64,000 bases of DNA from the NCBI RefSeq assembly GCF_016432865.1, contig NC_067403.1, positions 248,372,001 through 248,436,000 on the forward strand. Direction: 5' to 3'. Positions 10,721 through 23,230 of this stretch are shown here, one piece after another. This stretch comes from Antechinus flavipes. Its lineage: Eukaryota. The position numbers and the translations under genes were made by a program. Every line of letters begins with the position of its first letter. The first letter of the stretch is position 1. The notes under the pieces were generated by a model. It made no database searches. It saw nothing but the letters and a program-made list of their open reading frames with translations, and was not told the DNA's origin.

Positions 10721-11019
10721 GTACTTTATCATTCTTAGCTTGTTATTAGAAAACAAAGTAGAAAAGGTGGTAATGGCCATTGTCAAAAGTTAGTTTCTAG
10801 TCTTTCTTGTACCACCTCCTAGCTATGTGACAAGTCACTGAATATCTCCAGAGTTCAGTTTATTCATCTATTAAATGGATATGATAAACTCAGACTAGTC
10901 TACCATCAGAAGGACTTGGTGAAGATCAAATGTGACTCTGGACATGAAACAAAAATATAGTGAAAAGATCACTGAAGTTGGTATTAGAAGATTTGCTATG
11001 GAATTTATGGTCATATGTT

Positions 11020-11330
11020 TCTCCTGCCCCTCCCCTCCCAAAAATAATTTCCCCTTTTCCTCTCCATTGTAATATATGTTATAGACTCCTTTTATATCAG
11101 ATTTAATTTACTATATATATCCTTTTCTCCTTTTCCCAATACTTTCCTCTTTCTCAGTTCTTAATTTTATTTAAAAGAAATTATCCCACCATATTCAACT
11201 CACACCTGTGCCCTCTGTTTGTGTATACTTCTAGTGGCTCTAAAATAAGAAAAAAAAATTAGGAACTGTATTGTTTTGCCATGTAGGAATGGAAACATTA
11301 TCCTTATCAAATCTTTTATAATTTCACTTT
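11020..11330 (-). mobile_element. Old L1 fragment (ORF1 end/inter-ORF region) at the unit 1/2 boundary
   Basis: gccatgtaggaatggaaacatt...tttcactttcctgtt and pyrimidine-rich tract resemble the antisense marsupial L1 inter-ORF region. Confidence 0.5.
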
Positions 11331-11984
11331 CCTGTTCCATAGTTCCAAATTTCTCTTATTGTTTTGTTGATGATTTAATCTTTAGAAAGTGATAGAGAAA
11401 ATAATAATGCTAGTTAAATTTTAAATTGGGTTATGTGAATTCTTTTTTTAATTGAATGTCAAGTTCTAAGTATTTCCCAGTTCACCTCTGGTTTAGGGTC
11501 TAGCAAATAATCAGTGGCATTACCATTAAAACTGTGTTTTCTAAACTATTCAGGATTTTTGCTGTCTAAATAGCAAATGTTTTAGAACTCATAAAGCTGA
11601 TCTTCCTCTTTCTAGAAGGATAGTAGCTAGAATCATAATATCATGCTTGGGTGTGTGTGTGTGTTATTCATTCCACAAAAAATAAATAAATAAATAAATA
11701 AATAAATATGGTATGCTATTAAGGCCATTTAAATATGAGGAAACTGATTTTGAGACATTAAGTAGCTTCTCAAAGGTATGAAACATAAAAATATCTGACA
11801 GGGAATTTAAGTTCATGTCTCTTCTAACTCTGAGTCTATGACACTTTCTACTATATGATGTTGTCTCTAAAAAGGTTGGTAAATACTTTGTGTGCATAAG
11901 AAAAAGAGCCTAATTTGAGGGATGGTTCCCAGAGGAAAAAGATGTAGGTTGTATTTTCTAAGAAAAAAGATGATCTATTTGAAG

Positions 11985-12902
11985 TTATCTTCTCATAGCT
12001 TTCCTGAAAGCATTCTTGATGTCTTTGTTCCTAAGACTATAAACCAGAGGGTTCAACATAGGAATGACCATGGTGTAGAACACTGACACCACTTTGTCTG
12101 AGTCCATTGAATGGTTTGAACTAGGTTGGAAGTACATGAACATGATTGTCCCATAAAATATAGACACTGCTATGAGATGGGAAGCACAGGTGGAGAAGGC
12201 TTTCTGGCGGCCTTCAGCAGAACGGATCTTCAGGATGGTGATGAAAATTAGTAAGTAAGAGATAAAGATGACAAGAAATGGAGAAAAGACAGTGAATAAC
12301 GCTACTGTAAAGATTACTAACTCAGTAATGTGAACATCAGAGCAAGAGAGAAGTAGCAGAGGGGTAATATCACAGAAAAAGTGTTCGAGTATGTTTGACC
12401 TACAAAAGGAAAGGCTAAATATTGTTCCTGTAACTATGGCGGTGGTTAGAAAGCTACAGATGTAAGCACCAATGACTAGCTGTACACATACTGTTGATGT
12501 CATGGTAGTGGTATAATGTAGGGGCTTGCACACAGCTGCATGACGATCATAGGCCATGGAGGCTAAGAGGAAACTATCAGTGCAAACAAAGGTCCCACCA
12601 AAGAATAATTGTGCTGCGCATCCATTATAGGAAATGACTTTGTCCCCTTTGAGGAGCCCAGCCATCACCTTGGGTGTAATAGCTGAGGAGTAGCCACAAT
12701 CTACCATGGAGAGGTTACTGAGGAAAAAATACATAGGGGTATGAAGGCGGGAATCCAAGGCAATCAGAACTACTATCCCCAGGTTCCCTACCATAGTAAT
12801 GAAGTAAATGAGGATGAATATTATGAAGAGAGGAACCTGAAGCTCTGGAACATCTGTTAATCCTCTAAAGATGAACTCATTCATTTTAGTTCTGTTTTCC
12901 AT
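11985..12902 (-). CDS. OR5B: Olfactory receptor OR5B-like (OR-2), 305 aa, most divergent paralogue
   Basis: Intact ORF, all canonical OR motifs ([52 protein letters not shown]). Confidence 0.93.
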   Translation of the reverse strand: MENRTKMNEFIFRGLTDVPELQVPLFIIFILIYFITMVGNLGIVVLIALDSRLHTPMYFFLSNLSMVDCGYSSAITPKVMAGLLKGDKVISYNGCAAQLFFGGTFVCTDSFLLASMAYDRHAAVCKPLHYTTTMTSTVCVQLVIGAYICSFLTTAIVTGTIFSLSFCRSNILEHFFCDITPLLLLSCSDVHITELVIFTVALFTVFSPFLVIFISYLLIFITILKIRSAEGRQKAFSTCASHLIAVSIFYGTIMFMYFQPSSNHSMDSDKVVSVFYTMVIPMLNPLVYSLRNKDIKNAFRKAMRR

Positions 12903-15900
12903 GAGGTCACTTGAGAGTGATGTTATTCATCTGCAACAAAAGAATAATCATTAGAAATTTCTACTCTGTATGATGAATGACTACAAGACATAAAACATGG
13001 TCAGAAACCTATTTTATGTGAAGATCAGAATCAAGCAATTAAGAGTCCAAGGACATATAAGTGGTTGTCAGAGCAGTTACTCTAAATCCCCAAAATTCAT
13101 TTAGTATATTCTCTCATAGTCACTTGTATATTATTTTTCACTTTGTAAAATCTACTACAAATTTGGCAATCCCCAAAGTGGCATTTCTCACTTTAGGAAA
13201 GGAAGTACCTTATTCTCTGAGAAAAATTAGCACAAGAAGGGGAATTACTGTTGGTCAAGGTTGGACAATAAGGTCTTTTCTTATGAATATATTTCTCTGA
13301 TGATGAAGAAGAGAGAAAAAAGCAATAAAGGAGAACGGGGAGAAGAGGAAAATGGGGCAATTTATAAAATAAATATTTCCAAATAAGAGAAAGGAGGAAG
13401 GGAACAAAGAAAATTGGGCATTCACTGAAATGCCATGTAATCCTGGAATCATTGTACTTTTAAGGTTTATGTAATAAACTGAAGTCACCAATTCCTGAGT
13501 AGGTCCAGTTGCCAGTGAACATCAGTTTCATAGTTTTGGGAATCATTTGTCAAGAGTAGCACTGGTGGATCACTTAACAATACATTCATGATTTCTAGAC
13601 TGTGCCTTTATTCAATTCTCAATCACTGCCACTGTGAATATGGAGTACTGCCACAAACAGGGATATTTTGTTTTTTTATTCTTGACATGTCCCAGAAAAG
13701 TCACCAATTTGGGTGTTGGCTTTCTTCTCATCTGAGCTAAAATCTCACCTACAGAAAGTCTTTTTTTGATCCATTGATTTCCATTTCAGTGCATTCCCTC
13801 TTGTGATTATCTCTTTTTCATACTGAATATAGCTTGTGTGTAAACTGATTTTTGCATTTTATATGCATAGGGATTTTGAATTCCTAGAGAGCAGGAACTG
13901 TATTTTATCTTTCTTTGTATTCTCAGTGTTTAGCATAATTTTGTGCACAGAGTTACACACTTAATAAATGTTTATTGACTTACTCCCTGTCTGAACATCA
14001 GACAACTATGTAGTACATTTCCAGGCACCACTGTAAGTCTTAACAGTTGGGAAGAACCTGCCACAGTTGTGCATCACTCATTTACTCTTAGAGAATTTCA
14101 TTTCACCTCTATGACCATAAGTCATTAGAACTTTTCATTGGAATTATAAGCAGACTACCACATGATGTCTATTACAGATTGTATATTAAAGATAGATAAA
14201 GTAAGAAGAATCAGAGAATCTCAAGTCCAGATATTCCTCACAGGTCATTTACCTCAGCTTACATCTTACCAGAACTTATCTCTACAAAATCTTAACAGGC
14301 ATGTTAGACTGGAAAAAGAAACAAGCCAGTAAAATAGAAAGAATGAAGGAGAAGAGAAATATAGCTCTGGGAGCTTATTGGAGTCTCCAAGGAATTATGC
14401 TTAACAAGGAAGATGAACTAGAACCTGTAATGAAGGAAAACAAATTTGTTTGGCAAGGTAACATTTAGTCTTGGGTGATAGATTCAAAACTTGAATTTGA
14501 TTTTAGAAAGAATTCTCCTTTATTTCAATGACAAAGGGGGAGAATGTAATTGCAGGCTCTTATACATATTTGTAAACAGAGAAAATATATTCATATTTTT
14601 AAAAAATCCAGGAACCAGAGTGGGGAAACATGGTAGCAAGCATTTATACTGTTATCAGTATTTTGCTGATAGGAATATTCAATTATCTGGGAATCTACCA
14701 GAATGTTCTTTCATTCTGTCTCTCTCAATGTTCTTCTCTGTCTCTTTGTATCTCTGTGATTTTGTCTCCTTCTGTCTTATTTTCCCTTTTTTCTTCTCTG
14801 TACATCTCTTTCACTCTATCTATCCATGTTTCTCTTTATTTCTATCTTCAAAGCTCAGCTATTGATTTCTTGATGAAAATACTCTTTTTTTATGCATCAA
14901 ACGTATGAAAGTGAAGGGACAAATATGAGGAAATTCTATTCTGCATTTGATTATCATAATAAGGAATTATTAGCTAGAAACCAAATAAATGAGAATGTTA
15001 CATGAATAGAATGAAACTAATTAAGTTATCCTAAAGACAGATAAAGAAAGGAAAATTAGCAATTGTAAACAATACACATTAAGCATGGGAAGAATCAATT
15101 CCATCAAAAGGATAAAATAGGATCCTATGGATTCATTCTATAGGGAGTTCAAACTTGAAGAGATAGAAAGATCTCAAGAAAGAAACTGAAGATACAGGAA
15201 GAAAAATTGTTAAGTTAGGTAGATTAGGATATGAAAAAAGCTTTAGAAAAAAGTGAGAGATAAATAGGATGGATGCAAAAGCATCCTATTTTATAGTAAA
15301 ACAGTCAGAGGAGTTCCAGGACTCTGTTTGAACTGGGGGAGACCCAGGAAGCTAAAGACTACAAAAAGGTGGCTAATTTTATGAAAACAAACAAACAAAC
15401 AAATGAGTATTCACAGAAGCAAAGGATAATCAAATAAAGAACCTTACTAATGTTCAAGAACAGATAAGACAAATACAATGAATGACAAAGTCAGAGCTGC
15501 TCAATTTTAATTGTCTTCTATTTGCTCTGCTGGACATATTTATATAACATCTCTGATGTGACAAACATTGTGTTACACTTTATAAAAATTATTTAATTTG
15601 ATTCTCACAAGAAACCTGAGATGCAGGTTTTGTTATTGGCTCCATTTTAAAGTTGAAGAAACTGAGCCAAATAGGGGTGAAGTGACTAGCCCAACATCAC
15701 TGCTTAAGAATTTAAGGGTGGATTTAAATTCAGGACTTCCACTCAGTCTCAGAGAATTTCTTCTACCAAAAATGCCTCTTTTAAGTTTGCCCACTGTATT
15801 TTCATTTCTTGAGAGAGCCCTTCTTGGTCTTCTGACACATGGTTTGTTTTCTGCTCAAAAATGCTCAGGTTTTGATGGATACATAAATATAGTTAAAGTG

Positions 15901-16953
15901 GGGGAAGAAAAGAGACAGAAAGGGATTTAGAGAGACTGGAAAAGAAAGGAGGTTATTATTCATTTTACAGGAAGCTGTGACTGATAGATCTTTTTTTTTT
16001 TTTTTTTTTTTATCACTGTCGCCATGAACAAGACTCTTCAACTCAGAGCCTCACTTTCCTCATATGGCAAAAGAGGATAATATTGATGGTTCCTACAAAA
16101 ATAGGATTATTCTGACTAGAGAAGATGATGATGCTGTAAAGTACTTTGCAAATCTTAAATTTCTAGTTAAGTGTCATCTACTGTTATTATTTAAATTACA
16201 ATTACTATTGCTTCTATATGTTATCAAACAATCCTTTAGATCCTTTATTTCTAGGATACTATGGATCTCTCTTTGCTTATGAATAAAGAAAAGATATTAG
16301 CCTAGATGACCTTTGAGATCCTTTCCATTTCTAAATTAATGATAATGATTCTTTTATGCTTTTATCTTGTATTAATTTAAAGATACTCATTAGTCTTTAT
16401 AGCCCTATAGTAATATAACTTTTACTTTTTGCTAATATAGCTAATGTGGGATTTATAGGTAATGACAAAGTAAATACTTAAACCTTTGTCTCATAACTAT
16501 TAGAATAATAGAGAAAAGTTCATTTTTACAGCCAATATAATCAAGGATTTTCCTTAATGGGAACAATATTTAATAGAATATAAACAACCAATTTATAGTT
16601 AAAACATAGCAAAATTAATCTCATATATGGTACTAGAGTCATTTTGGTAATTGCAACTATTGAATCAAATACATATAGCCATAGTATATGACCATCTTTC
16701 TCACTGATGTACTCTTCAATTTTTATACCAAAATGATATGTTTTCTGCTCAGAAATGTCTAGGTTTTGATGAATAGCACTATTTTGGAAAGAACACTTGA
16801 TTAGGAGTTTGAAGACTCGGGAACTAAAATTATTTTAATATGTGCTAATTTGACTTCACAGAAATTAATCAAGTCTTCTGTACTTTGCTCATTGGGAAAA
16901 TGGGAACAGTATTTCTTCAAGTGTGAAAGTCATTCAATACATGTGATGAATAT

Positions 16954-17327
16954 TGTGAAGTCCAGACTAGCTCCCTGGAGGCTTCAGGAACAGTCAGACT
17001 TGAGATAAGTAAAAGTCCTTGGTCTTTAGAGGGAGAAGTGAAGGAGATGGACAAAATTGCCAAGAGACTCCTGGATTCTTGAGTCCAAAGTCACCACCTC
17101 TCTTCTCCTCCTGTTGGCCAAGTGAAGTCTGGCTTGTTTTACCCCACCCTCTAATCCTTGCCTATTATCTGTCTACACCAAACATTGAATAAGCACTGAA
17201 TAGTGATAAAGGCCATTTTTCCAAACATATGCTAATAGAGTCATTGTCTCATACCGAATAGGTAATTAGTCTTAAGTGCTCTATTGTCTGATTCAAGCAC
17301 ATCTTTTAAGAGTTTCAGCCCTTAATA
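16954..17327 (-). mobile_element. Solo LTR related to the provirus LTRs at 18992/23231
   Basis: Begins tgtgaagtccagactagctccctggag (cf. tgtaaattccagactagctctctggag at 18992); perfect 6 bp TSD GAATAT (16948-16953 / 17328-17333); empty site visible in paralogue at ~9590-9610. Confidence 0.85.
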
Positions 17328-18539
17328 GAATATGTTTGCTAAAAATCAAGTGCTATTGGAATAAGAGTTACCAGGATCAACAAGGAGTACTGGGGCTATA
17401 CATGTATAGTATTCTGAGAAACAAAAAGATAGAGAACAAAAAAAAATAGTATATAGAGTGCTTCTACACTACAAAGTACTAGGATGGCAATATGGTGTCA
17501 TAGAGAGAACTTTGATCTTTGAGTCAAGATAATGAACTTAAATCCTACTTTCAGCCCTTATTAATTATACATGTTTGGAAAAGTCAGATAAGTCATTTAG
17601 CTTTGGCCTACTTATCTTTGAAGGAAGGCAGAGTAATATTAATGGTATTTATCTTACACAACTGTTGGGAGATCCAAGAAAAAAAATTGATATAAAGCAC
17701 TTTGCAAATACTGAAGTGCTCTATTTATAAATAAATTGTTCTATCTGTGTCTGACCATTCCTGACCCAATTATCACATAAATAAGAGTTATCTTTGCTGG
17801 CATGGATAATACTCATCTAAACTCTGTCATAAATCTACTTCCTCAAAAATGTAATGCAATATCCTGCACATAGTATACCCTTAATCAACATTATTTACAA
17901 GTATTCATTAGGACTAGACTGTTGCCCATCCTTCAGATTACTCATTCAATTACTGAAGGATGGTGAGATCAAAAAGCTCCATGCAATAGATAATAGTTAG
18001 TATGTATAGAGCCCTTAGATGTTTGAACATGATTTCTATATATGTGATTTCATTTGAATTTAAAGATAAAACTATGAGAAAAGTACCATTAATATAAATA
18101 TTAATGGTACTTAATATAATTACACACAACTGATGAATAAGGATATAGAGGGTCAAATAACATACCCACAGCAAGAGGGAGTTAATGTCAGAGATAGTGA
18201 TGGTCTTTATCCAGGTCTTCTTGCCTCCAGTTCCACTGATGTTCCCTCTATGGTGTTGTCTACATGAGTGCTACAATCTAGTCTAGATTGAATATCCAAG
18301 AACCTAGCTGACTTGATTATGGAGAAAAATGGCCATCACTCCATAAATAAGAGATAGCCAAGAACTTTATATTCAAGGATAGACCTTGAAGTCCCAAGCC
18401 CAGGAATTATGTGATACTATTAGAGAAACTTTTTAGTAAATACCAGGGCAAAGAATTCATTGCTTCCTAGGGGCAGAATGGTCCCTCTTAGCCATTGTTG
18501 TAACATGGACAGCAGCAGAGTTAGCAACATCCATCCTCC

Positions 18540-18830
18540 ACCCTTCATTCAGCTCAGGCTCAGCAAACTGAAAAAGAGTCAGATGATTTAATGAATAACT
18601 TGAGAAATTTAACCCATAAAGTGGTACCACAGCACTGAGTCCTATAGGACCGTGTTTCAATGTCACTAGCAAAAGTCAGGGATGAAGCATGGATTTTAAT
18701 ATAGATCTTGGTGCCTTTCTACTCTTGGGAGATGTGCTCCCTTGGAGATACCTAGCTACTCTGCTGCCAACTCAAGAACAAAACAAGTAATTAAATTCTT
18801 TTCTCACCTTTGGGAAGAATAATTTTCTCA
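18540..18830 (-). promoter_or_regulatory. Candidate OR-2 promoter/exon 1
   Basis: O/E-like 18722-18731 and 18738-18747, TAATTAA 18788-18794, weakened donor AAGG|GTGGAG at 18541. Confidence 0.5.
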
Positions 18831-18991
18831 TAGGCACTTTTTCATTCTTACAATATTCTTAACCAAAAGAGGTAGAAAAGGGACTGGAGAAAGCCATTTT
18901 CAAAATCAAGGTTCTAATCTTCCTTGCATCACCTCTTAGTGTGGTGAAAATTGTCAAATCACTGAACATCTCCAGGTCTCAGATTATTCAT

Positions 18992-19408
18992 TGTAAATTC
19001 CAGACTAGCTCTCTGGAGCTATCAGCCTGAGTCCTTGATCTTAGAAGAGGAATGAAGACGTGGGATTCATGTTGATGGTCAAACATGGAGTCCATTTATT
19101 CCAAATTCTCTCAGTTTTATATACCTTAATACCTTACATAATTATAGTGCACTGCACATGCACTAATTATATACTGCACATATGGGACCACATAAACAAG
19201 TTGCTATCATGTATAGATGTCTCTTTGCTTGGTATCACTCTGCTTTAGTTACAACACAGGTTGTCACTGCTCTCTGACTTCTCAGGAAGGCCAAAAGCCC
19301 TTAGGTGAGATGGGTAGCCAAACCAGACACTGTCAACAGGGTTCCTTTTACTGGGCCAAAGGGTCTTATACCTTGCCCAGTGTTCCTCACTATCTGTAGC
19401 CTTCTACA
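18992..19408 (-). repeat. 3' LTR of the provirus
   Basis: Minus strand TGTAG...TTACA, AATAAA (tttatt ~19095), preceded by PPT AAAAGAAAGGAAGAAA (19409-19424). Confidence 0.92.
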
Positions 19409-19720
19409 TTTCTTCCTTTCTTTTGTTTTAATTGAAACAGGTGTATTTCAGTGGTTAAATCCATCAACATGGGAAAAATCACACAGGCAAGTAGTAATAT
19501 AACAAATAACGTGAATAAGCAAGATTCTATAAAATACTTCCATGAGACCCAGAAGGAAGGTATAGAAAATAGCAATTGATTCCCAACTACACATACACTT
19601 CCTTCATCAGCCAAGAGATAGTTCAAAGCCAATCAATTGTCCATTACTTCATATGTCAGGGAATCCAATGATTCCTGCAGGTTTTGAAGTTGTGCATCAT
19701 TCATCAGCAATTATTTTTAT
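19390..19720 (-). pseudogene. env: env remnant: gamma-type TM (heptad, immunosuppressive domain, membrane anchor)
   Basis: QLQNLQESLDSLTYEVMDN*LALNYLLADEGSVCVV followed by hydrophobic LFTLFVILLLACVIFPML; the stop is a plausible CGA>TGA decay. No SU present. Confidence 0.75.
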
Positions 19721-19799
19721 GGTCATGGGGAGTTTCTTTAGTTAATTGCCATACATAGGGTCAACTGCCAGGCTCTTTAAGTGGTGGACACAGGCAGAG

Positions 19800-22350
19800 A
19801 TGGAACCACTCAATGTTTTCTGGGTCATCTTCTCCTTTGTTTCAAGGGTCTTCCCTTTTTCCATCTCTCTCTGATGAACAAGGTGCATATGGCTCATTGG
19901 CATCCTTCAGATTCCTTTATCATCTGTAGAGACACAAGCAAACCCTCTGCCTCAAACAGTTAAACTATTTGGTCCCTTCCATTCACCACTCTCTGGATCT
20001 TTCCGCATCACCTGGCAATTATCTAAAGATACTGGAGCTGCTCACACTGGACACTGCCCTTCCAGTGGGTTATGAAACCTATCTGCCAGAGCCAGGGAAT
20101 CTTCATAAAAAAATCAAAAAATTAATAGTATAAAGGAGTGAGTTTGGAAGTTCTCTAGGGTTACCTGTGGCTCCCCCTTTCTTTTGTTTTTAAAGGAGCA
20201 TCTTAATGTCTGTTTCTCTTCTCTACTATTGCCTGTCCATGAGGATTGAAGGGTATGCCAATGGTATGTGAAATCTGATACTGGGCACAAAAGTGTGAGA
20301 AATATTTAGAAGTATATGCAAGGTCCACTATCTGTTTTTATTGCTTGTAGCACACCCATAACTGCAAAGGCCTGTCTCTTTTGTTGCCGAACAACAAGAG
20401 GTCCATGGCAACATGGATAAAAGACAGACGACCAAAAGATTTAAATTGGGTGGCATCCATTTGCTCACTTTCACTGGGTCTCAAACCATGAGGGCTCTTT
20501 CCTGGAGGGAGCATAGGAACATGAAAAGGAAGACAAGCGGTATAGGCTTTTACTATGCTCCTAGCTTCCTCTTTTGTTATTTCAACCTGGAGATGTAAAG
20601 CTCAAGCATCCTAATGATATTTAGAATGAGAGTCTTGGGCTGTATGAAATAAAAGAGTGTTGGCTAACATGGTGAAAGGTGATCTGCCCTTGAATTTCCA
20701 TGAAAAATAAGACCTGGAGTCCCATATGAGAATAGACATGCAAGATATAAATCTTACCTAGATGCTTTCTCACTTGCTCCTAAAGTTCCTTAAAAAGCTG
20801 AAATATGTTAGAGGCTACACATTTTATTTGGGCTTGGCAATTCTTTCTAATATCTACTGAATAGGCTGGATCAGATACTATATTTATGTCTCCTGGATAA
20901 TAAGTAAGAGCTACCATAATTGCATACAACTCATTCTGCTGAGTAGACTGCAAGGAAGTTCTAACTACTGTTTTTATAGCTAAGTCAGGAGAATATACAG
21001 CGCAAATATTATGTTTGGACGCATCTGTAAAGATGGTTGGTCCTTTAAGAGGGATCTTAGAAATGTTTTCTTCAAAAATCAATGTCCAATTATGTAATAC
21101 CTGGGTTATCTTTAAGGGGGACCCATGTTTAAATTTGGAGCTGTGGCCCATAAAATTTGCCACTCTGGGATGGTTTCACAGCATACGTTAATTTGTGCAT
21201 TAGTACAGAAGGTGTATATCTTGTCTGGTCACATCCCAGATAATTGTATTTATCGCTCAATGGCCTTTAATAAGATTCTAGCCACAAGCACTGGGTAAGG
21301 AATAAGACTTTGGTTTGGTTGAGCTTGGAGGGTCACCCATTCAATCACACTATCTCCTTGATGAAAGACTGCTGTAGGTGCCTGTAGGAAAATTGATATT
21401 TCCAAGGGTGTTTGAGTGACTATTTCAACCACATTAGATAAAGCCAGTTCAATCTCTCTCAAAGCTTCTTAGCCTTCTTTTGTAAGATGGCGGGGCAAGT
21501 CTAAAGCAGTATTTCCCCTTAAAATGTCATACAATGGTTGTAATTGATAAGTAGTTAAGCCTAACACTGGACACATCCAATGAATATCTCATATCAGTTT
21601 CTGAAAGTCATTTAAGGTGTATTTTTGTTCCATAAGTACCTTGGGCTATACCGCATATCCTAAATATTGAAAAGGAGCATGCCTTTGAATTTTTATGGGG
21701 GAGGAGGGAATGATATACAATCAGTAGTTCCTTAGTGTTTTTATGGTCTTTTGTAGACATGCTTTTAACATTAGCTCCTCAGGTGCACATCCCAAGATAT
21801 CATCCATGTAATGTAATAACATAACTTTTGGAAATGCTTTTCTTACTGGAGTAAGAGTAGCAACCATCTACATTTGACATATAGTAAGGCTATTTTTCAT
21901 TCCCTGTGGCAAAACTGTTCATTCAAATCTTTTATAAGGCTCAGTTAAATTTACAGTAGGCATTGAAAAAGCAACTCTTCATATCCTCCTTATCCAGAGG
22001 AATCGAATAGAAACAATCCTTAAATCTGTTAACCTGAAGAGTCCATTACCTAGGCAGTTGAGTAGGAAATGAAAGTCCAGGCTAAAGAGTTCCCATAGTT
22101 TCTATCTGTTCATTTACTTTTTCAAAATCAATCAACACCCTCCATTTTACAGATTTCTTTTTTTACAACTAATATAGGAGAATTCCAAGGACTTAAAGAA
22201 GGTGTTAAGTGCCCTTGACGCTCCAGTACAATATCCAATAAGACCTGAATTTTTTCACTGGTTAAGGACCACTCTTCCACCCACACTGGTGTATTAACTT
22301 TCCACTGGATGAGGATAAGTGTAAGGACTGGCAGGCCTTCAACAGCAGCC
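19800..22350 (-). pseudogene. pol: pol (RT, RNase H, integrase), betaretroviral type, disrupted
   Basis: SPWNSPILVVKKKS.KWRVLID, KDCFYSIPL, VLPQGMKNS, HYMDDIL (YMDD 21799-21810); RNase H TIFTDAS/STQQNEL/INIVSD (20780-21163); [24 protein letters not shown] and C-terminal GRGFACVS. Confidence 0.92.
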
Positions 22351-22429
22351 CTGTCTAAAAAGCTGAAGTGCTCAGTAATCCTAATTGCTGTAAAATATTT
22401 CTTTTCTTTTGCCTTGCCTCAGGACCTAG

Positions 22430-23064
22430 GAGGACAAAACTGTGATGGCTGTGCTGATGGTGTCACTGCCCCTCCAGAATCTCCTTCTCCTCACCATGAA
22501 GGTGGAGGTGAAGGAGGAGGATCAGGAAGCAGAAGATACCCTAAAGTCCCATGTGCAAGTTTAGGGAAGTAATGGTGGCTGAGAAATGGAGAAGCGCCAC
22601 GTCCCTGAAACTTCTCAGCACAATACTTAATTCCCTTATTGCCCAACTCCATGCTCCTCCAGCCTCCCAGCATAGTAACTAACAATATGAATTGACAAAA
22701 TACTTAAAAAGGCTTCCTTAGCTCTGTCCCATGCTCTGTACCCTCTTGGGCTATGAGCACCAATCTCTGCTTGTTTTTCTCCTTATACTTCATTGTTTGA
22801 CACTCTACCTAAAAGCTTTTTTTTTCTTTTTCTTATAGGTGGGATTTCTTAAAGCTAACTTCATCTCATGGTATTCAGTTAATTGTTCTCCCTCTACCTT
22901 CCACATCTCTGGCTCCAAATTCTCCTTCCCAGACATGTACTTCACAACATCTTAGAACTTATTGGTCTGCTTCTGAGTTACCAAAAAACCTTGCTTCTTT
23001 ATTAACCTATAACTTCTTCATATTTCCCTTGGGAGGGAGGCTCTGTTGTAAGCACTTGCCCCAT
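22430..23064 (-). pseudogene. gag: gag 5' part (matrix and proline-rich region), truncated
   Basis: ATG at 23064: MGQVLTTEPP..., LEPEMWKVEGEQL (beta MA W..VG-type motif), PDPPPSPPPS; then jumps to the last codons of pro (RNILQQLGLLSTSAF*, ~22355-22402). Confidence 0.8.
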
Positions 23065-23212
23065 TTTGGCTAAAAAACAAAAGTGACTAGATTAGCACTT
23101 ACTGAATCTTCCTGTTTACTGTCTTTATATTTAACCAGTGTGAGTCACAGGGACTCTTCAACTGAACTTGCTGACCCTGTCAGTTGAGCTGCTGTGTGCC
23201 CTGCTTTCCAAG

Positions 23213-23230
23213 GCCCCACGTTGAATGCCA
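23213..23230 (-). promoter_or_regulatory. Primer binding site, tRNA-Lys1,2 type
   Basis: TGGCATTCAACGTGGGGC vs TGGCGCCCAACGTGGGGC (15/18), directly after the 5' LTR. Confidence 0.9.

Noticed and set aside
22309-22572. 87 aa plus-strand ORF antisense to gag/pro
   Set aside because: Crosses the deletion junction and mirrors the proline-rich gag segment; no evidence for an antisense gene.
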